From Owenia fusiformis (lineage: Eukaryota), in assembly GCA_903813345.2 (NCBI GenBank), contig CAIIXF020000001.1, positions 30,938,001 through 31,002,000 on the forward strand: 64,000 nt of DNA. Reading direction: 5' to 3'. Below the pieces are notes generated by a model. That model did not search any database. It was not told the origin of the DNA and saw nothing but the letters and a program-made list of their open reading frames with translations. Every line of letters starts with the position of its first letter. Positions within the stretch are counted from its first letter, which is position 1. A program made the position numbers and the translations under genes. This document shows positions 40,355-64,000 of the stretch, piece by piece.

Positions 40355-42128
40355 CAGTGTGTAAAAGAGTAGTTATTCACTAGGAGGGATTTAATATGGG
40401 AAATATCACAAGAATAATTATCAATATTTCCCGAGGGTGATATCAATATCATCTGAGGGATATTGCCCATATCATCCTGACAGGTGAATACCGACCTTAT
40501 ACCATGGTCAAGAGCAATATCCACTAGTGTACCTCAAAAGTCAGCTGATGGATGAGAAGACAATAATTAAATTTTGGAAATATTAATGTTACATGTAGAC
40601 CCACAACGGAAGATTTAATCATTTAAAATGAAACTGGCTATTAAATTACCCTTCCACTGGCTATCTAGCTTATAGGCTATGTTATGAAACCCACTGAGTT
40701 ACTCCCTGCTAAAGGACAACGGCACAGCCGCTGCTTCCACTCCGTTGTTTGTCTAAGTGTATATAACTATTAAAACATATGATGACTAGAAATAATACAA
40801 AACACTGGATGTCCTTTTGTGAGTCATCTCATCACTTTCACTATTCGTATTTCCCTCTGAGAGTTCTATACTCAATAAACAGATTTCCCTAGAATTTATA
40901 CCCGGGAGGATATTAGAATTAGCGGCATGATATATAAGGGTTATGTACTGGGAGGTTTTGGATATGGGGTTTATCCAGAGGGAGATATGCATATCTACCT
41001 GAGGGACTGTAGGGGCTGAAGGTAGATGTGCATATCTCACGAGGGATGAACCCATTATCCAAACCGACCGTACATAACTGCTTTATCCTATACCAAGTAG
41101 AGTTTTCAGGGGCATATGGCCATTTCTAGTACAAGGTGTAAAAATGAACAAATCATTCATATGCAAAGTCATTTTATTGCATCACCGGAAGCGGGAAGAT
41201 ATGCACCGGAAGCGGGAAGATATGCACCGAAGCGGGAGATATGGAGGTTCTGGATATGGAAACCTCAAAATCAGGATACGGGATATATCTTACCAACTTA
41301 TCTCCCTAAAACTCTACTTGGCATAGGATAAGTATGGATATCAAACCCGACATCATTCCTCTAATTCCAATATCATCCCAATATCAGTCCCGATGCCAAA
41401 TACGTGATTTATCACTTGGTAAAATGAATGATATTGCTCTGCCTCATTATGCCAGTGAAGGGCTCAGGTCTCTTGGGTTGTAAAATCTTAATGAAATTTC
41501 TAAGCATTCGTGTCACCATTTTGTTTACTAATGATGGTCTCGATAGAAAATGAATGATGATACATTACTTCTGTCTTTCATGAAAATGCACAGAATAACA
41601 GAATACAGAATGTGATTTATCAATTTATTCTTTTATACATCAAATATAAAGAATAGTAAAATCCAACACCCAAAAATCTCAGTGTTTGAATGATAAAAAT
41701 TGTAGTTAATGGTAATTGCACGACAATGACATAAGATAACATTTTAGTCTTACAGCAAATGTATGGTTCCTTTACTCTAATCTTTAAGTAAAGAAACACT
41801 TCTTGTTGGTGCAAGACTAGTATTTATCGTATGATCTGTAAAATAAAGGCTTCTGATTGGTCAGCTCTTGTACCAATCTGTATTGCTACTGAGATTGTCC
41901 CCATTGATCATCTCCATCGCAATACAGAAAATATTACGTAGTACGTAGGGGACATTATCAGTAGCAATACAGAGGATCACACGATAAAAACGTTATAGAA
42001 TGATTTAAAGTGCAATACAGGATATATTCTGCTCTCGGTATTCTGTATTGGCACTCGTCTCGTCCCAATACGGAATTTCTTGAGCAGAATATATCCTGTA
42101 TTGCGCTTCAAATCATTCATTAACTTAT
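40355..42128. repeat. Cluster of palindromic non-autonomous elements between the DCDC2 and PTER 3' ends
   Basis: Imperfect hairpins near 40370-40490, 40940-41077 and 41995-42122; TIR element 41083-41331 containing three GCACCGGAAGCGGGAAGATAT-like units. Confidence 0.55.
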
Positions 42129-42281
42129 AATATTAGAAGGTAAAGTTGATTTTGGCAAGTTTGTTACTTCCTCTGTTATCTAATTCTCACTTTAATATCG
42201 ATTATAGTATTTAGATTAGGAAAGTTACTGAATTCCATGAATTCTTAAAGGCCAACCTAAGTTATAGGATTGGAATGTCCT

Positions 42282-42419
42282 TTACTTCTTAAAAGCCAGC
42301 CAAGTCTTAGGATTGTGTATAAGTATTTGGTCCAGCTGCTCTTGTGTTACTCCAGCGTGTTTCATCATTGGCACAACATTGTATAGAATATGTGAGTAAC
42401 CATGTCCTCCATACTTCAT
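42282..42419 (-). CDS. PTER: PTER exon 8 (terminal)
   Basis: [45 protein letters not shown]. Confidence 0.95.
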   Translation of the reverse strand: MKYGGHGYSHILYNVVPMMKHAGVTQEQLDQILIHNPKTWLAFKK

Positions 42420-45400
42420 CTGAAAAAATGATGGAGCAAATAAGCATACTATTCAGATTTTGAGTTTCATGTGGGTTGTAAGGAGATAGACACAATGTAC
42501 TATAAAAATATTTAATTCTATTGAGGTGAATGCCTAGGCATCTTTCACAAGTGATATTCCACGAAGCCTGGAGGCCTAGTGAAATATCATCTTGTGGAAC
42601 TGTCACATCACTAGGGCAGAGCATTTGTACTGAAAGGAGCGTTTTCAGTACAAATATGTACTGAAAAATGTACTGTATTTTTAAGTATATTTTTCAGTAT
42701 AAATATGTACTGAAAAATATACTTAAAATTTCAGTGCAAATTTCAGTATAAATATGTACTGAAAAATGTACTGAAATTTTAAGTACATTTTTCAGTATAT
42801 ATTTATACTAAAAAATATACTGAATTTTAAGTGTGATTTTAAGTGCAAATATGTACTTAAAAATATACTGAAATTTAAGTGTGATTTTAAGTGCAAATAT
42901 GCACTGAAAAATATACTGAAATTTAAGGGCATATTTAAGTGTAAATTTATACTGAAAAATATACTTAGATTTTGAATTACGACATCTTCCTGACTTTGAC
43001 ATCTATTCCATGGATTTTGCTATACTCGAACAAATGAGGTTCTATGTTCATGTTATATATTTTAATTTTCATCAATTAATTAATTTGCTCAAGCAATATG
43101 AGTGGAAATCTCATGAAAAACTTATTTTTAAGACTGAGAAAATGTGTACCTTTAATGTTTTTGAATTTGCGTCTTAAATAATTAAATCCAAAAACATAAC
43201 TTATTAAAAGGAAAACACTTGATTACAGTAAACCTAGCCTCTCCAGTTTGATTAGAGTCTGCTTTAAAGGATGTGTCTAAAGAAACTTTATTAATCCATT
43301 AACAAAACAAAATATTTTGACAAGGCAAAACAAACCTGATTACAGAGAGACTCTTTTAAGTTTGGTTAAAGTCTGCTGTAAAGGAAGCATCCAAAATAAT
43401 TTCATAATGTAATAGCATTCCTGAGGGGGGGGGGTTTAGGGGTCCAAGCGAACCCCCCCCCCCCCGGTCAAAAATTATTTTAAAATCATGCACTTTTTCA
43501 CCATTCTAAGAACTTTATGAGTGATTTAGGCCGTTTTTAATAAATCCATAAACATAACTTCTAAAAAGGAAATCACTTGATTACAGTAAACCTAGCCTCT
43601 CCAGTTTGATTAGAGTCTGCTTTAAAGGATGTGTCTAAAGAAACTTTATTAATCCACTAACAAAACAAAATATTTTGACAAGGCAAAACAAACCTGATTA
43701 CAGAGAGACTCTTTTAAGTTTGGTTAAAGGCTGCTGTAAAGGAAGCATCCAAAATAATTTCATAATGTAATAGCATTCCTGTTGGGGGGGGGGGGGGGTT
43801 CAGGGGTCCAAGCGAACCCCCCCCCCCCCCCCCCCGGCCAAAAATTCTTTTAAAATCATGCACTTTTTCACCATTGAGTGATTTAGAGTTTATAGTATGC
43901 CTTACATTTACGTTTTCTCTTATTTCCATTATTGGGCACAAATATTTCTCATTGCATATATTTATACTTAAAATTATCCTTAAATTTCAGTATGTTTTTC
44001 AGTACATTTTTATACTCACTTTTGCACTTAAATTTCAGTACATTTTTCAGTATATATTTGTACTTAAATTTATCCTTAAATTTTCAGTGCATTTTTCAGT
44101 ATATTTTTGCACTTAAATTTGTCCTTAAAATTCAGTACATTTTCAGTACATATTTATACTTAAATTTGTACTTAAAATTCAGTATATTTTTCAGTACATG
44201 AATTTGTACTGAAAAATATACTGAAAAAAATTCAGTGCATTTTTCAGTACAAAAATATACTTAAATTTGTACTGAAACAAAACTAGTACATTTTTCAGTA
44301 CATATTTGTACTGAAAACGCTCCTTTCTGTACAAATGCTCTGCCCTAGTGCATGCATTCACCTAAAATAGAATTAAATATTGATTTATTATTCACTTTTA
44401 TTTTCCTTGTTCACGTTAAATAATGGAATAACAAACTATTGATGTCTAATTAATAACAATGTACTCCCAGGGATCAAGGAGGATTGGCTCCCAGAGTGCA
44501 ACATCGATATTCTGTCCCATATATGGAGATGTCGTGATTCAAAATTCGAATTCGAAGACGCCATTTTGTTCACTTCAACATTTGAATCGTGAATTTTGGT
44601 CTTATTTCCAAACAAAAAATTCCAAAACTCACAAGATATGATCGAATCTTTTGAATTGTTTATGTTGAATTTATAGTCGGTTATAATTTTAAAAATAATG
44701 ACATTTCGACGTTTTCATTGTTGGAAAATATCGAGTTTCGATCCTGGGAGCCAATCCTCCTTGCCCAGGGATATACAAGGTGTTTCATAGAAAATGCAAC
44801 CCACCTAACAATGCATATCTTTGTATGACCAGTCTTGTTTAAAAGAATTAAAGTTCATTCAATATCCTTTATTTTGACAAAGTTTCATCACTGTAGCATG
44901 TGTATGTTTTATTTGCTGGCCATTTAAAGAACCTGCCTACCACTTGCACACTTTGTGTGATGTTGTTGACAACACACATTTTTATTGGAACATATGTTTA
45001 TTATCCTGAAAGATAGTGTGTATGTCAACAATCCTAGAACCATTGCAGAGCTCAAACTATAGATACCCTAATACAAAAGAAAAGGACATTTACCAGTCTG
45101 TAAGAAGAGAGTTGGAGCACATTCTTTATATTGGCAGCAAATGGGTCATACATAAGCTACATTGATGAAACTTGCTCAACTTAAAGGACATTGAACTACC
45201 TTTACTCCTGTCAAAAAAGAGATTGTTCAACCTTCATTGGTTAAAAAGATATGCATTGTAAATTATGTGAGTTGCATCTTTGAAACACCCTGTATAAGAT
45301 TAAAATTACACTGGACTAAGTCCTAATTGATGAATATCATTTGATATTCACAAGAAACTAAGCATTTCATTTCCATTAAACTAATGTGTTAAAATTCCTC

Positions 45401-48400
45401 AACATTTGAAAAACATATTCCTCAGTAATATTTACCTAATACTTTTCTAAGTACTTTTCTAAGTAGGCATTTAAGAGCAATCATCTTGAGAAATAAAAAT
45501 GGTGCAATTGGATCATAGCATTGAATAACCCAGTCAAGTGGCCCCCAAGTTCACCCAACTTAACCCCCCTGGATTTCCTCTTGTGTGGTCACCTGAAGAC
45601 CAAGATCTTCACAACACTCCCAACAGATCTGAATGAACCTTATTGAAGAATATTTGATAAAGTCAGTGAGGTACAACATGAAAGGGAGCTCATCACACAT
45701 ACTGGCGGCCCTGTTACGAAACACTGATAGGAAAATTGCAGAATTAACTGTTGTCATTTGTTTTTTTTAATCACTGAGAATTTGGCAGATTTGGTCAGAT
45801 TTTACATGAGTCAATGAAATCTGTTCTGTGCAGTCAACCATGGAAGAATTTTAAATCTGCTTGGTATCAAATTAAAGCAAGAGAGCTTATTCTAAGTATT
45901 CAATTATGTTTGAGGGTAAATTCCAAAAAAAAGATATTGACCATTTTGTACTTGTAACATTTTTTTTGAGACACTCTGTACTTCGAGATGAATAAATAGA
46001 TGGTAGCACATTTTTCGTAGGGCCATAATACTATTTATAACATTTAGACAACTGGAAAGCCACTTAATTTCTTGATTTCTCAAGTATTTCCATTTGAATA
46101 CCGGTATATGTAAAACTCCATTGGCATGTAAGAATATAAAGATTTTTTTAAGTTCAACTCAATCTTTTTCAGAAACGTGAAATTCCTGGAAATTTGAATT
46201 AAGGTAAATGACTACAAATCAAACTTGTTTTAATAGAAAATTATACAGACATATTTGGAAAAGATCTACTCACCAGTCTGTGTTTGGTGTGAATATCATG
46301 TGCCACCAATATCTTATCTAAATATCCCTCCTTAATGAGCAGTTGTATACGTCTGATTCTCTCCCCATCATTGCAGCAGTAAACATCAGGGTTGGGCTGG
46401 TACAGTCCCACTTCAATGCCAAATAAGTCATATTCCAGATAACACCCTGTTTTAGCAAACTCCAACAGTTTGGCATCGGTATGTATTGTTCCTAAAATAA
46501 AGTGACATCAATATGAAATGTCCAGTACATAATAACATTATATCAGTTATGTAACGTATCATCAGTGTATAATGTCATTTAAATAACATGACATCAATAG
46601 TGTTCAGTGTCCTTTAAATATAACATGACATCAGTGTGTTATCACTGTGTTTTTGTCACTTAAAAGGGATCATCTGTGTATATTGCTCATAAAGGTAACC
46701 TGATAGAGGCTAACGGTAATTCCGGTTATACTGTTTCGGTACGGAATTGAGCATTTACCGGTATTGAAATTATTAACCGGTTAACCGACGATAATCCCTG
46801 GGGAAATAAAAGACACGTCGTTTTTTTAATTATTTCGTTTAATTTCCACTTTCACGATGCGTACATTTACATAGACATTAAGATGTCCATGTTTGGCAGT
46901 TCAGGATTTGATTTCCATGTTTGGCAGTTCAGCTGTGATGTCCATGTTTGGCAGTTCTGGTGTAAAGGAACATGGGGCAAAGCGGCCCAAAAAATTAGAT
47001 TTTCAGTCAATCATCGCGCACTTTGATGTTCCACTTTATTAATGGGCTGTGGTTTACATTTTTCGAATCTTTTATACTTGTCGAGGACTATCTTCTGTGA
47101 TTTTTCAATGGTCAAAAATAATGTCGGGAGTGGGGCAAAACGGCCCACGGATGGGGCAAAACGGCCGACCCTCTGTTAAATGGGTTTTAAAACAAAGATT
47201 AATCAATTACAAGACTCGTCCACACAAATCTTATCTCAGACGTTTTAACCTTTGACAGACAAAGTATTTTTAACCCCTACCATAATTCTAGTGATTCAAT
47301 ATGTGTGGGAAGGAAATAAGGTACAAACAAAATGTTAAAATCGTTATATTTGAAAATCAATTACTCTTGTACAATAAGACTTTTTGTATGTTATAATCTG
47401 TTATGGGCCGTTTTGCCCCAAAGACATGTGAATTTTCAAATAGACGTCATTTTAATTTAACTTGAGGCTCGAAATTTTCACAAATAAATGATAAATATGC
47501 ATACTCTAGATAAAATGTTAATTCAAAACGATATTCTATTGTTGCTGGATTTTTTAGGAAGGGGTAATTTGCAGAAAGAGAATTACCTCTTACGTAAGGC
47601 GAGACGCTGCTAAGTTAAAAAAGGGCGGTTGAGAAGGGAGCGAAAATTTCAAAATTCGATTGTGTGGCTTTTGAAGAACCATCTCTTTATAGTTCAAAAG
47701 ATATTTCGATGGGCCACTTTGCCCCAAAGGGCCGTTTTGGCCCATACATGTTCCCCTAGTAGCTTCATGCTCAGGCTCAGATTTGGTTGTAGTTATGTTT
47801 GGCAGTTCCGGTGCAGTTGTTGTGTCAACGTCAGATCCAGCTCAGAAACTGAATTATGTTTGTAATAGTCATTTACGAACAACAAGGCATTGACAACCTC
47901 AGGTTGAAGTCGTGCCCGTTTGGAAGTGATGGTGTTGCCAGCTGCACTGAACTGACGTTCACTTGACACGGATGACGCAGGAATAGCATGATATGTTTCA
48001 GCCAAACTCGCCACCCCCACGTTTTGGGTTTTGTTAAAATCTATTTTACCTACCCCACTCCCATGTATACTGCACGTCGCTTGCTATTGATACAGTTGAA
48101 AAATGGTTTGAAATGTGTAATACATTTAATTGAAAACTAAAAATACATCTTGATTCGTAAGATAGTTACATACTTTTTCGTGAAGTTCATTAGTATGGAT
48201 TCAAATCGGTCTTGCACCATGTATGCATATAGACTTAATAAGCTACGGAGAAAGTTAGGAACAAAGTGGGAGTGGCAGCGCATTTGCATTTTATCTTACA
48301 TATTTTTACCGGTATTGCGGTAACGGTACGGTTATTAGCGTGACGGTTATCGGTACTGGTTTTCAGTACCGTTGCGACCTCTATAACCTGACATCCCAGT

Positions 48401-51400
48401 GTTAAGTCCTTAGAATAGCACAACATCAGTGTATATTGTCCTAATACAGTACAATCAAGCATGCTCTTAAAACAATATATATATACATGTGCAATTAACA
48501 GACATATTCTTCCCTACTTACTGTCTAAATGTGACATGACTGTATTGGACAGGTCCCCTCCTGCATCTTTCAGGATTTCGGCAATCTCCTCTGGGGCATC
48601 ATCATTTCTGCCAGGGTGGATAATCACAGGACATCCTGTCTGGATTTGAGCTCTGGCTGCAGCACGTAGAACCTTCTTCTCCCTGTCTGTAATAACAAAA
48701 TGTTATAGTTGATGAATAACAGTCTCCAGTTTGTTAACCAATCATTGATCAATTCCGCTAACAATATATAAGAGACATAACATGACAACGTGTATATACA
48801 ATGCAATTCAATTTTTAAGCTTTCAAATTTGAAACTTTTATGATACATAATTGACTAAATATGATATTTTGCATCTATAAATCCATGATCTATGAAATAG
48901 TAGCGATCATCATTATACTGGAATTACCCTAGTATGTACTGGTTCAGTCTAGCAGTGCATTTTCATACACCCCCGGAGCAAGTGAAATTGATAGGATTGT
49001 GTCATAATTAATCCGTTTTAAGCATGAGTATCAAAAAACAGATTTATTGGTACTAGTACTGCGGGCAAATTGGTAATAGGATTATTGTCACCCGCGTGTA
49101 TCCAAAAACAGGCTTATAATCGCGAGCAAAGGTCAAATGATTCAGGTTGGTCGCTATTGTGATACAGAAACTTTTAGAAAGCTTAATTTTCATCTTCAAG
49201 CTCTTTGTCTTCCTCATTCTCTTCATGTACAAGTTTCATATTTACCTGGACCACTGCGAGATCCATATTTTTCAGCAAGTTTAAAGTGACCCGAAGTACA
49301 CAACAGAGGTACACCCGCAGGCAAGTTCAAAAACATGTGTAGATTTGAGCCAATTTACAATGGTTAATTGTAGTTAAATCCCCAGTTAATACCATTTCAA
49401 TGGAACGCCTGTGGGGCACCAGCAACCGGCTATCACAAGTGTGCTGGACAACCGTGACACAGCAAAAGCATGTACAAAAATGCAGCCTAAGTTTCCAATT
49501 CCTGTATTACTTGATTAGCATGTGTGTGTTCTGCACTCACCTTGTAAAGGCCATGAGCAGCCAATTTCACCAATTATACCACATTTGATCTCTGTACCAT
49601 CAGTTCCCACTGTAATATCATGTACTATCTTCTCATATATCTCATCTTCTGTAGCAGAATCTGTTGTCTTAGCATGGGCCGCACCCACATAATAACCTAG
49701 GATTTAAATTTCAGAGTTTTCGATACATTACAGATATGAGTTAGGCCCATATTCATTCTTACTTTGCCTCTGCTCATATATATATCTATGCAATCAACAT
49801 GACCAAATGAGATCCATATTGGTCCTAATCCCACCAAGTAATGTAACAATTCATTGAGAGTTTGTTTGGATGGCTGGTTTTGGTATTTTCATAAATTAAG
49901 TGAATACTGTATTATAGTAGACATAGTAAAATAATCGATATGAAGACAGTCAGTTGCATATGCACTAGCCACTCAACTAAAACTCATTGTTTTAAAAAGT
50001 CACCAAGCTCACTGGTGGATACAGAAGCTGACAAAGGGGGGGGGCTAAATTTCAAATCAGACAAGAACTTTGTTGGAAACAACGACTCAAAATTTTCTTT
50101 TGAAAATTTAAGGCCCATTTTTTGATAATTGATAAGTAATGCCCAAAAAGGCCCATTAATTGAGGCCCTACAAAATTTGTGCCTCCCCTGGATCCGCCAG
50201 TGAAGCTGATTTGAGGTATGTTCCCATTCCCTTTTAACATACCTGCTCCACATATGACCTTTAAGCCTGTCTCATCAGCTACCTTCTTAAGGAATGGAAC
50301 ATCTCTATCTATACCAATAGTAGTGTTGTCCACCATACAACCCCCACCATTTTTCTGAAGCAATTTGAAATACATGAAGTTACAAATTATTAGATATAAG
50401 ACACACAGCATTAGATACTACCCAGAGAGTCTGATGAATAATAACAAAATACATCTTTGGGTCATCATTTGGCAGAGAAAAACACTTTTAAACATAATAA
50501 ATAAATAAATGAACCTTGTATAAATGCATTTCCTCTAAAACTGCTTGTTTTTCTTCATTGAGGAACAGGTTCCGAGGATGGCTGTACCTGTAGCAAGGAA
50601 AAACAGCTATACTGTATGTACAGGGTGGGCCAAAAAACCAATGCCCAACTTCAAATCAGGATAAAAATAGTTACATTCAATATGGCACATTGACTTACAT
50701 ATCATTTTAAAGGTTATACATTGTCAAACAATTTGGTACATATAACACTATGTCATTAAATCAATAGTTGAGTTATATTATACTTATTTGAGAGGCCAGG
50801 TCGCTATTAAAGGTCTCCAGATTTAAGGGAGAAAATAGTAAATCTGCGGAATTATGTTAATTTTTTATTTATATAATATCATTTTTTGTTAGGTGAATAC
50901 ATGCTTAGATATTGATACAGTTTAGTTGCGTGACTAAATTTATTGTTTATGAATTTCAGTGTTGTTTAATAATATTTTACACTTTATTTATTTAAACAAC
51001 TTCAACAATTGCTCAATATACCCCCCCCCCCCCTATGCGTCAACAATAAGCTTCAGGTGGTATCACAATCTATCGATAGCCTTACTGACAGATTTCTGTT
51101 GCAGTTCATTTCAGCACTTTAGGATTCTGTTTCATAAATAATAAGTTTAGTCACACAACTATGCAAATATACAAGCATGTATATTGTATTCACCTAACAA
51201 AATGATATTCTAATAAATAAAAAATTAACATTATTCCACAGATTTACTATTTTCTCCCTAAAATCTGGAGACCTTAAATAGCAACCCAGCCTCCAAAATA
51301 AGTATAATAAAACTTTAATATTGATTTCATTTGGTTATATACCAAATTGTTTGAAATGGATTATCATTAAAATGATATATAAATCAATGTATCAATGTAT

Positions 51401-52977
51401 TATTATTGAACATACAGAAGCTATTTTTATCCTGATTTAAAATTGGGTATTGTTTTTTTGGCCCACCCTGTACATGTAGATAACATTATAAGTCCCAAAA
51501 TCAATACTTTAGATCAGACTATCTCTGCTTTATCAGAATATGTTTTTTTTCATAAAAAACAAAAGTTAAAGATTCGATGTGACATTATAATTTCAGGGTG
51601 AGTGTCTCAAAGGAAAAGGTTGAATAGTGATCCTCCTATTTCAGAATTATGATCTAAAATTGTGGATTTGTGTGGAGCTTGGCTTTTGTAACTTTGATCC
51701 AGTTTTGCCAGTAAAATTTCTCAAGACTTTTTTGACAGTGATTTTGACAGTTATTATTTGACAGTGACTTTGTAAAGGGCAACATAAATACAGTTTGATA
51801 TACTATGATGCCATACTAAAGAATGAGTATTTGTATTTTTCATCCATCCAGTTAAGAAAATAATTTTAGAAGAACACGGATGGCTTTCACATATTAACAT
51901 GTCCCTCTTCATTGTTTTAGGCACAATGAACATTTCGCTTGACATGTGATAGCATCAGTAAATGAGACTTACGGATATTGTCTGATCCACCATAGATTCT
52001 CAATAGTGAGTGGTAGGTCAGTCAAATCTTTGTCCCTCTCCATTGCAGGCACATGTGCCACTTCAAATGTCATAGATAGATGTTCATGGGTCATAGTGAT
52101 ACCCAACTCACTAGGTTCCACCCATCCTGTAACTGTAAGACAATATTATTTGTTAGACAAAATGAAAGTTCTATCGAGATTCTTTGGGTTTGTGTAAAAA
52201 ACGGGGTGATGGGGAAGCCGGGTAGCCTGGTGACCGGGTACCCTACCTTCCTACCAGGGTTAGGAATTTGATTTTTTCATTTTATGCCTCAAAACGCCCA
52301 AGTGACATCCCAATCAACGTACCAGTGACACAACCAATCAAGCAAACAACTAAACAAGCAACAAAATTTATTTACCAATAAATTAACCGGCAAAACGACA
52401 AACAAAATTAATATAATGTCAATCAGTGAGGCAATAGATCAAGCAACTAACGTTGTATTGTACATCGTACACTAATTAACAGATAAAAACGGTAAATAAT
52501 GTTTCAATTTACGCGTACGTAAATCTTCCAGATTTGTTTAATATCTAGTAGAAATCGCCATCATAGAAAACAAAAGTGGGCGTGTCAATCATTCTGTGTC
52601 ATTTGAGGTCAAACATAGAAAAATTATTAGAATTGTCATCTTTGGCAATGAAATCCGCATTCATTTATCACTGAATATCACATATCACATCACGTTCATC
52701 AGTCAGAAAGTTACATGGAAACCTCATGCCATGTAAAAAGCATGACAGCTTCATAGTGTAAATGTAAACTTGTTTGCAAGAGTAGAGGTCATAGAAAACT
52801 TGTCATATTTGGCAATGAAATCCGCGTTCGTTTATCACTAAATTTCACATTGAATCTGCCAGAAAGTTACAGGGAAACATTATGCATATATACATGGTGT
52901 AAAAAGGCATGACAGCTACGTTTAGCGAGTGTAAACTGTATTTGAATACCTGTCTGAACTTTCCCTTTTGAGCTCAT
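42282..52977 (-). CDS. PTER: Phosphotriesterase-related protein (amidohydrolase superfamily; the mammalian orthologue is an N-acetyltaurine hydrolase). Model complement(join(42282-42419,46274-46491,48522-48686,49541-49696,50243-50354,50515-50587,51973-52132,52950-52977)), 349 aa
   Basis: [83 protein letters not shown]; exons sum to 1050 nt with consistent phases. Confidence 0.95.
42609..44350. mobile_element. Non-autonomous CACTA element in PTER intron 7
   Basis: CACTAGGGCAGAGCATTTGTAC TIR of about 65 bp; 3-bp TSD CAT; arrays of TACTGAAAAAT subterminal motifs; internal direct duplication of about 355 bp (43180-43520 / 43540-43875). Confidence 0.88.
44475..44763. mobile_element. MITE with 9-bp TSD
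   Basis: TIR CAAGGAGGATTGGCTCCCAG; TSD CCCAGGGAT; related copy at about 56521-56649. Confidence 0.85.
44777..45292 (+). mobile_element. Deleted Tc1/mariner element
   Basis: TA-flanked CA(A/G)GGTGTTTCA TIRs; transposase C-terminal remnant [17 protein letters not shown] at 45006-45056. Confidence 0.7.
46274..46491 (-). CDS. PTER: PTER exon 7
   Basis: [25 protein letters not shown]...[10 protein letters not shown]. Confidence 0.95.
46704..48383 (-). mobile_element. Deleted hAT transposon in PTER intron 6
   Basis: TAGAGG...CCTCTA termini; 8-bp TSD TAACCTGA; hATC dimerisation remnant [30 protein letters not shown] (47793-48020). Confidence 0.9.
46967..47757. mobile_element. MITE (possibly pogo/TcMar-like) nested in the hAT element
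   Basis: Inverted ends GGAACATGGGGCAAAGCGGCC / GGCCGTTTTGGCCCATACATGTTCC; internal GGGGCAAAACGGCC repeats. Confidence 0.6.
48522..48686 (-). CDS. PTER: PTER exon 6
   Basis: [26 protein letters not shown]...TVMSHLD. Confidence 0.95.
49541..49696 (-). CDS. PTER: PTER exon 5
   Basis: GYYVGAAH...[22 protein letters not shown]. Confidence 0.95.
50010..50202. mobile_element. Short CACTGG..CCAGTG MITE
   Basis: 5-bp TSD AAGCT. Confidence 0.7.
50243..50354 (-). CDS. PTER: PTER exon 4
   Basis: [37 protein letters not shown]. Confidence 0.95.
50515..50587 (-). CDS. PTER: PTER exon 3
   Basis: [24 protein letters not shown]. Confidence 0.92.
50621..51470. mobile_element. Tc1/mariner-type foldback MITE
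   Basis: CAGGGTGGGCCAAAAAA TIRs with long inverted arms; TA TSD. Confidence 0.88.
51973..52132 (-). CDS. PTER: PTER exon 2
   Basis: [24 protein letters not shown]...WWIRQYP; HxH metal ligands. Confidence 0.95.
52950..52977 (-). CDS. PTER: PTER exon 1
   Basis: MSSKGKVQT|gtattc. Confidence 0.88.
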
Positions 52978-53163
52978 TTTGTTTATCGCAAAGAGGTCGC
53001 ATGCACTATTGTCGCAATGATTTACGACATACAACCACTTTTCGGCGGAAGTGAAAAACATGCAATATTTTTTATAAATTTTATGTCTCGCATATTGTGC
53101 ATTTAAACCATGTAAACTGCACCGAATTTAGAAATCAACTAGTGTGCATATATCAACTTAAAC
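52978..53163. promoter_or_regulatory. Candidate PTER/ELP3 bidirectional promoter
   Basis: Divergent ATGs 186 bp apart; ETS/GABP-type GCGGAAGTG at about 53045-53053. Confidence 0.6.

Positions 53164-64000
<10,837 letters not shown>

Noticed and set aside
42808..44201. F/Y/K-rich ORFs
   Set aside because: Translations of CACTA subterminal repeats.
52630..52940. Duplication of about 170 bp in PTER intron 1 as another junction-seeded array
   Set aside because: The duplicated unit stops short of the exon 1 donor; an ordinary local duplication.

Overview
AT-rich, intron-rich animal DNA. The repeat content suggests a marine invertebrate, but the taxon cannot be fixed from this window. Three spliced host genes were reconstructed by hand with phase-consistent GT-AG junctions. 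(1) A DCDC2-family doublecortin gene on + (2967-38239; at least 14 coding exons, about 763 aa), extended by three single-exon IQ motifs and a KPQTPNS heptad-repeat tail. (2) A complete PTER on - (42282-52977; 8 exons, 349 aa). (3) The 5' part of ELP3 on + (53164 to beyond the window end), head-to-head with PTER across 186 bp. Introns hold many MITEs, Helentron-associated-type elements, hAT/CACTA/Tc1 derivatives, a 9-kb TIR element, an internally deleted I/Nimb-like LINE and a 5'-truncated CR1-like LINE with an uninterrupted ORF. The most notable pattern is that each of the three genes carries a tandem array whose unit spans one of its own exon-intron junctions: nine copies of a DCDC2 acceptor, about 16 copies of an ELP3 donor, and an old degenerate array at a PTER acceptor. 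In DCDC2 and ELP3 nearly all extra sites lead straight to a stop codon. All calls come from manual reading; no searches were run.
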